Shown: piece after piece, positions 55,524-61,500 of the stretch
Layout of the letters: the number at the start of each line of letters is the position of its first letter
Position numbering within the stretch: the first letter of the stretch is position 1
From: Eledone cirrhosa
Lineage: Eukaryota
Assembly (NCBI GenBank): GCA_964016885.1
Contig: OZ024756.1
Span: forward strand, 28,706,001-28,770,000
Reading direction: 5' to 3'
Length of the DNA: 64,000 nt
Notes under the pieces: generated by a model
Database searches by the model: none
Told to the model about the DNA's origin: nothing
The model's input: only the letters and a program-made list of their open reading frames with translations
Made by a program: the position numbers and the translations under genes

Positions 55524-58500
55524 TTATTTGCAAGAGATGTCAACATCAATGGACCTGTTATTTTTATCTAAAGACATTTTTTCCAATTCCATCCCGCCTG
55601 TCCCCTCAATCTATCTTATTTCTCATTCTTTCTTCTGATGAAGGACTAGCATCCGAAACGTTAAGACCCTCTTCCTGCTATATCAAGCGTTAACCTAATA
55701 TATCCCTTCCATATACTGTACCGATTGTGTTGTTATTTCTGTTTACCTTTTACATACATTATATACATATATATATGTATATATATTATAGTAATAATAA
55801 TAAAATTGAAGACTAAAATCCAAAGAGGGCTCGATAAGGAAAATATATATCAAATATATAAGAACCGAAGAGCAAATATTTATTAAAATAACAGATTAAA
55901 GTTTAAGCGAAGAATCGCTGCTTTCACCCTTAACGGGATCTTCTGAAACTAACAAAGTCAATCTGTAAACGCAGAACTGGATATTTCAAAAAACGTTGCA
56001 ACCGGAGGAAGACAGGAAGACGATACTTTGGTTTGTGGAAACGTTCGCTGGCAAAGAACGGGAAAAAAACGAATAATACGTCATTAATAGGAGCGGTGAA
56101 AAACAATTACGCGCAAAGACAGAACCACGTTTATGGTATAAAAGAGGTCATAGACTAATGTTCTCTTAGGTGGTGCATAGAGACGTTCTCTGGCAATGAA
56201 CGAAAAAACGAAGATAATAAGTCATATGTGGAGCGTGGAGAACAATAGCACGCAAAGACAAAACCACGTAAATGGTATAGCAGAAGTTGTAGACTAAAAT
56301 TCTATATATTATATATATATTATATATATATATATAGTGTTATATTTCAGATATTGTTTCCTTGTTATATTTTTATGTCTTGTCTCTTCTCTTGTAGCCT
56401 ATTTTCAGAAACATCCATGTTGGTATGGTGTGTGCAGCACCTTACAAGGATGAACAGGTGAACTTCTACAGGGCCCAGGTAGAGGCCATCCATAACAACA
56501 TGGCACATGTAAGTAATGTGGACTGATGGTGGAGCTGTAGTGAGGGTTGTAGAGGTGGTGGTGGTAATGGTTGTGGTGGGGGGTGATGGAGTGGTATATA
56601 TATTTGTGTGTGTATATATCATCATCATCATCATCATCAGGTTTAGCGTCCGTGTTCCACGCTTGCATGGGTTTGGACGGGGGTTTTCCCACTTGAGGCA
56701 AGAGTGGTTGTCTTGCTCGCATAGGACTGTCTGGCGGGTTTTCTACAGTTGGATGCCCTTCCTAACACCAACCACATTTACAGTGTGGGGCTGGGAGGTT
56801 TTTACCGTGTTGCCTACACGGCCACATTACAGCGTGGACTGTCTGGCGGGTTTTCTACAGCTGGATGCCCTTCCTAACACCAACCACATTTACAGTGTGG
56901 GGCTGGGAGGTTTTTACCGTGTTGCCTACACGGCCACATTTACAGCGTGGACTGTGTGTTTTTTGTCGTGACACCTACACGATCTCATTTGTTTCGGCCT
57001 GGATGTTGTGGGACCAACATAACTTTACATTGAAAGGGGCGGTGTGGGTGGGGTGGAGGTGGTGGGACGGGGGTGTGTTTTGATAGAGATGCCTACTGAC
57101 TGTAGTAGGTTTTTACTTTGTATTTAGGTAAGGCGGGTCTTCTCTATTACTGAGTACCGCCAAAGGTCTCGGTCCAGTGACATTGTCTTGGAGAGGTGTA
57201 ATTGTGTGATGTCGGAGTTTATCAGCTCGTCCCATGTTTTTCTGGGTCTGCCTACTCCGTGGCTACCGTCTATCTTTATTGCCCTGCACTTTGTTATACA
57301 GCTGTCGTATATATATATCATCATCATCATTTTACGCCCACTCTTCCCTGCTTGCAAGGGTGGGACGGGTCCTATTCAGCACAGCAGCTCTCCACTTTTC
57401 ACGGTCCTTCGTCATCTCCTCCATGAATTTCAGCGATCTGAGGTCTGCTCTCACCACCTCCGCCCATGTTTTTTTGTGATCTTCCTCTACTGCCTCTTCC
57501 TTCTACTGGGATTTCTTGGCACTTCTTTACCTAGCGGTCATCCTCCATGCGCATCACATGTCCATATCATCGCAGACTTCTCTCCCGCTTGGCTGTTCAC
57601 ACACATTGACATTGCACATCCAACAGAGCATGCTTGCTTCATTGCTCATACAGGAACTGATTCTGGCTTGATTTCTACAGCTGGATGCCCTTCCTAACAC
57701 CAACCTCATTTACAGTGCTTTTTTCCGTGGCGCCTACACGTCTACTTTACAGTGTGGGCTGGGTGCTTTTTTGCAGTGGGAGGGGGTGGGGGCATATTAT
57801 ATATTAAATATATATATATATATAGTGTCTTGGTGTGTAATGATTAGTTATTGATCTGATGGTTCACCAGTTTTAGCACTGAATGCTAATATTTGGGTCC
57901 AACTACAGATGTTGGATTCTACGTTTGGTATTTCACCATAGTCAATATCCTTAAGAAGCAGAGTGTTAATAATAATGCTAGATGGCGCTGGCTGTCGGCC
58001 TTTGCTTTTGAAATGTTTATTTATCAAACATAACATATATCTTTAGATATACAAAATTGACATACATATATGTATACAGCTATGTTGGAGCTAAATTTTA
58101 ATTTTATATATATATATATTTGATATTTATTCAATTTTAGGTTTTCTTTGTGGATTACGGTAACATGGAATTTGTTCCCTTCAATGACTTGAAGCTTCTT
58201 CCTCAGAATCTTGACAATGTTCCTTTTCAAGTGAGTACTTTCCACATGAATCATTCTCTCTCTCTCTCTTTAAATAATTTTATTACATTCTTACCTTTCC
58301 CACATGGTCCCTTCTTTATCTCTTTCTCTCAATTCACAGTCATTTCCATCATTCTTCTCATCCACCATTTATCATTTAGTATTCATTTTGTCTTGTATTT
58401 TACCATACTTTGTTATATTTCAGGCCTTTGAATGTTATCTAAGTGAAATACACCCATCTCCTATCAAATGTTTTGATGGCTGTTGGTCACAGGAGTCTAC

Positions 58501-61500
58501 AGACTACTTCCAAATACAAGTATCTGGTCTCCCTATTTATGCACAAGTGAGTACCTCTTTCTTTGACACATCGTCATTTTTACGTCCACTTTTCCATGCT
58601 GACATGGGTTGGATGGGTCCTTACAGACTAAGTCAGTATTTAATTGTGGTTACTGTTGCCCTAGATAGATCAAGTACCATGTTTCATTTCCATATGTTTT
58701 GGTATGGTTTCTACAGATAGATACTCTTTGTAATGCCAACTACTGTACATAGTGTACTGGGTACATTTTATCATGGCACTAGTACTAAGGATGTTGAGAT
58801 GTTCTTGACATAATCAAAGAGTCTTTTCAACTCTTTTTAACATGATTTCTATGGCTGGATTCCTTTCATACTGCTAACAACGTTACAGGGTGGACTGGGT
58901 GCTTTTTGTTACAGCACCAGTATGACCACCTTACAGGGTAGACTGGGTGTTTTTTATTATGGCACCAGTACAACTACTTTACAGGGTGGACTGGGTATGT
59001 TTTGTTGTGACATCAGTACGGCCACCTTACAGGGTGGACTGGGTGTTTTTTTTGTTGTGGCACCAGCACTACCACCTTACAGGTTGATTGGCTACTTTTT
59101 GTTGTATCAGTATGACCACTTTACAGAGTGGACTGGGTGCTGTTTTTGTGCCACCAGCACTACCACCTTACAAGATGGACTGGGTTGGAATATGATAACC
59201 TTATTTATAATGTGTGTATCTGGCTTAGATATCTGTGTGTATCCAGTTTAGAATAAGTACACTCTATGCCTGCGTGTTATAAGAAGTAACTAAAAAGTGT
59301 TGGCATTAGGAAGAGCATCCTGCTTTAGAATATCACCTGAAACAGGCCTCCATTGTAAGTAAGAAACCTATCAGAGAAAATATTTTTTTTTGCTCTTATT
59401 TTTTGCAGATATACTCAGTTGTTGGCAAAGTCCTTCGTGTTGAATTGATTAAGAAGACATCAAAACAACAAGAAAATATCAATCAAAAACTGATTGATCT
59501 TGGCTTTGCTGACTCCACTGAAGAATCTTTCCTATCAAAGGTAATTGTTTTAACTATTATCAGCGATCATCATCATCACTGTTTAACACCGATTTTCCAT
59601 GCTAGCATAGGTTAGATGAGCTGTCCTGTTGTGAAACAAGCCAGGTCAGATGACCATGTTTTGCTCATACAGAACTGATTTTGGCTTGGTTTCTATGGCT
59701 GTATGCTCTTCTTAACACCAACCAAATTTACAGTGTGGACTGGGTGCTTTTTCGTTAAACCTACACGATCACCTTACAGTGTAGACTGGGTGCTTTTTGT
59801 CGTGACACCTACACGACCACTTTACAGTGTAGACTGGGTACTTTTTGTCATGTCACCAACACAACCACTTTATAGTTGTGGACTGGGTGTTTTTTGTCTT
59901 GACACCTACATGACCACTTTACAGTTTGGGCTGGGAACTTTTTGTCTTGACACCTACATGACCACTTTACAGTGTAGACTGGGAACTTTTTGTTGTGATA
60001 TCTACATGACCACTTTACAGTGTGGACTGGGCACTTTTTGTTGTGATATCTACATGACCACTTTACAGTGTGGACTGGGCACTTTTTATCACCTACAAGA
60101 TAATTATAATTATTTATTTTGAATTATCAAAGCACTGAGTAGTTATGAAATTCATATAAAATGTAGGAATCTCAGACACAGAAAATAACTGTAACTACAG
60201 TTGATTTCTATAAATAATAGCTTAGAACATCAGGTAAAATACTCCTGTGGGTGGAAAAAAGTGGCTAGCAGCTGCTATCGAGAATCACACTTTATATCTA
60301 TTCCCACTGAGTGCTCTAACCATTGAGCTAAGAAGCCTCTGATATTTGTTCATATATTGCATGTCATATCAGGCAACTAACAGGGTTGATACCATGAAGG
60401 GTGTCTGGCTGTGAAACGCTTCAAAAAGAACCCAGGTTCCCATGGTGGGTATGAACTATATCATGGGGCCTATGTTGGCTAGTCATGGGGCCTGTTTATG
60501 TTAGCTAATCATGGGGCCTGTTTATGTTGGCTAATCATGGGGCCTGTTTGTGTGTGTTTTTATGTCAAATGTTGTGTGTCTAGATGTTGTGATGGTATTC
60601 AGTTCTCTAAACAATTCTAATAAAATTATGTTTTATTTCCAGAAAAATCACGAAGAACGAAAGAGAGCCCAGGAGTCTTCAAATTTCTCCATTTGTCATT
60701 CTAACAATGTGTCATCATTAGACTGGAAATCACTTGGTCTTCCTAACGAGTTTGATTCAGTTCGCTGTGTAGGAAAGGTCAGTTGGAATTTATTACTATT
60801 TGGTAATGTTACCTGTATTAGGTCTGTCTTGTTGTTTCATTTTTGAAACTCTTCAGTGTTTCTCCATTCTATTGCCGCCACCATGACAATGATGGTGATG
60901 ATGATGATGATGGTGATGTTGTTGATGATGGCGATGATGATGATAGGGGTTGACATGGTTTGTATTATCTTTAAAATATAAACTTTTTGATTTCTTTCCA
61001 GATTAAACTACATGGTCCATCGAATCCTTTAGAAATGTCCTTCTGTGGAATGACAAATTCAGGTCGTCTTAGGTAAGTATTCAACATTCTTCAGTTAATT
61101 CTTCAGCTGCGTTTCACTAATTACTTCATACCTACAGAGAATTGGCAGAGTTGATAGAGGTTGGGTTATGGGATGTGTGGTTTACTGTTTTGACACTTTC
61201 CTCTCTCAGTTCAAATCTAACTATACATAGATCTAACTTTACCTTTCAAGTCTTCAGGGTTGTTCTTCTTCTTCGCCCACTTATTCCTGAGATGAGAGGG
61301 TTGTGTGTGGGAGCAGAGTCCTCAAACACTCCCTCCAGCAGGTTCCCGTGAGAAGCAACTGTCTCCAACTAATCCGGCTGTAACCCCAAGCAAGACCAGC
61401 CAAGCTCAAGGATGCTATAAAACCAATCTTGCTCGGGGTCTACGCCTGGGTCTCCTGCCTGTTGGTTTTGCCCGTAGAATCTGTCCAGCGATTCTTTCCT

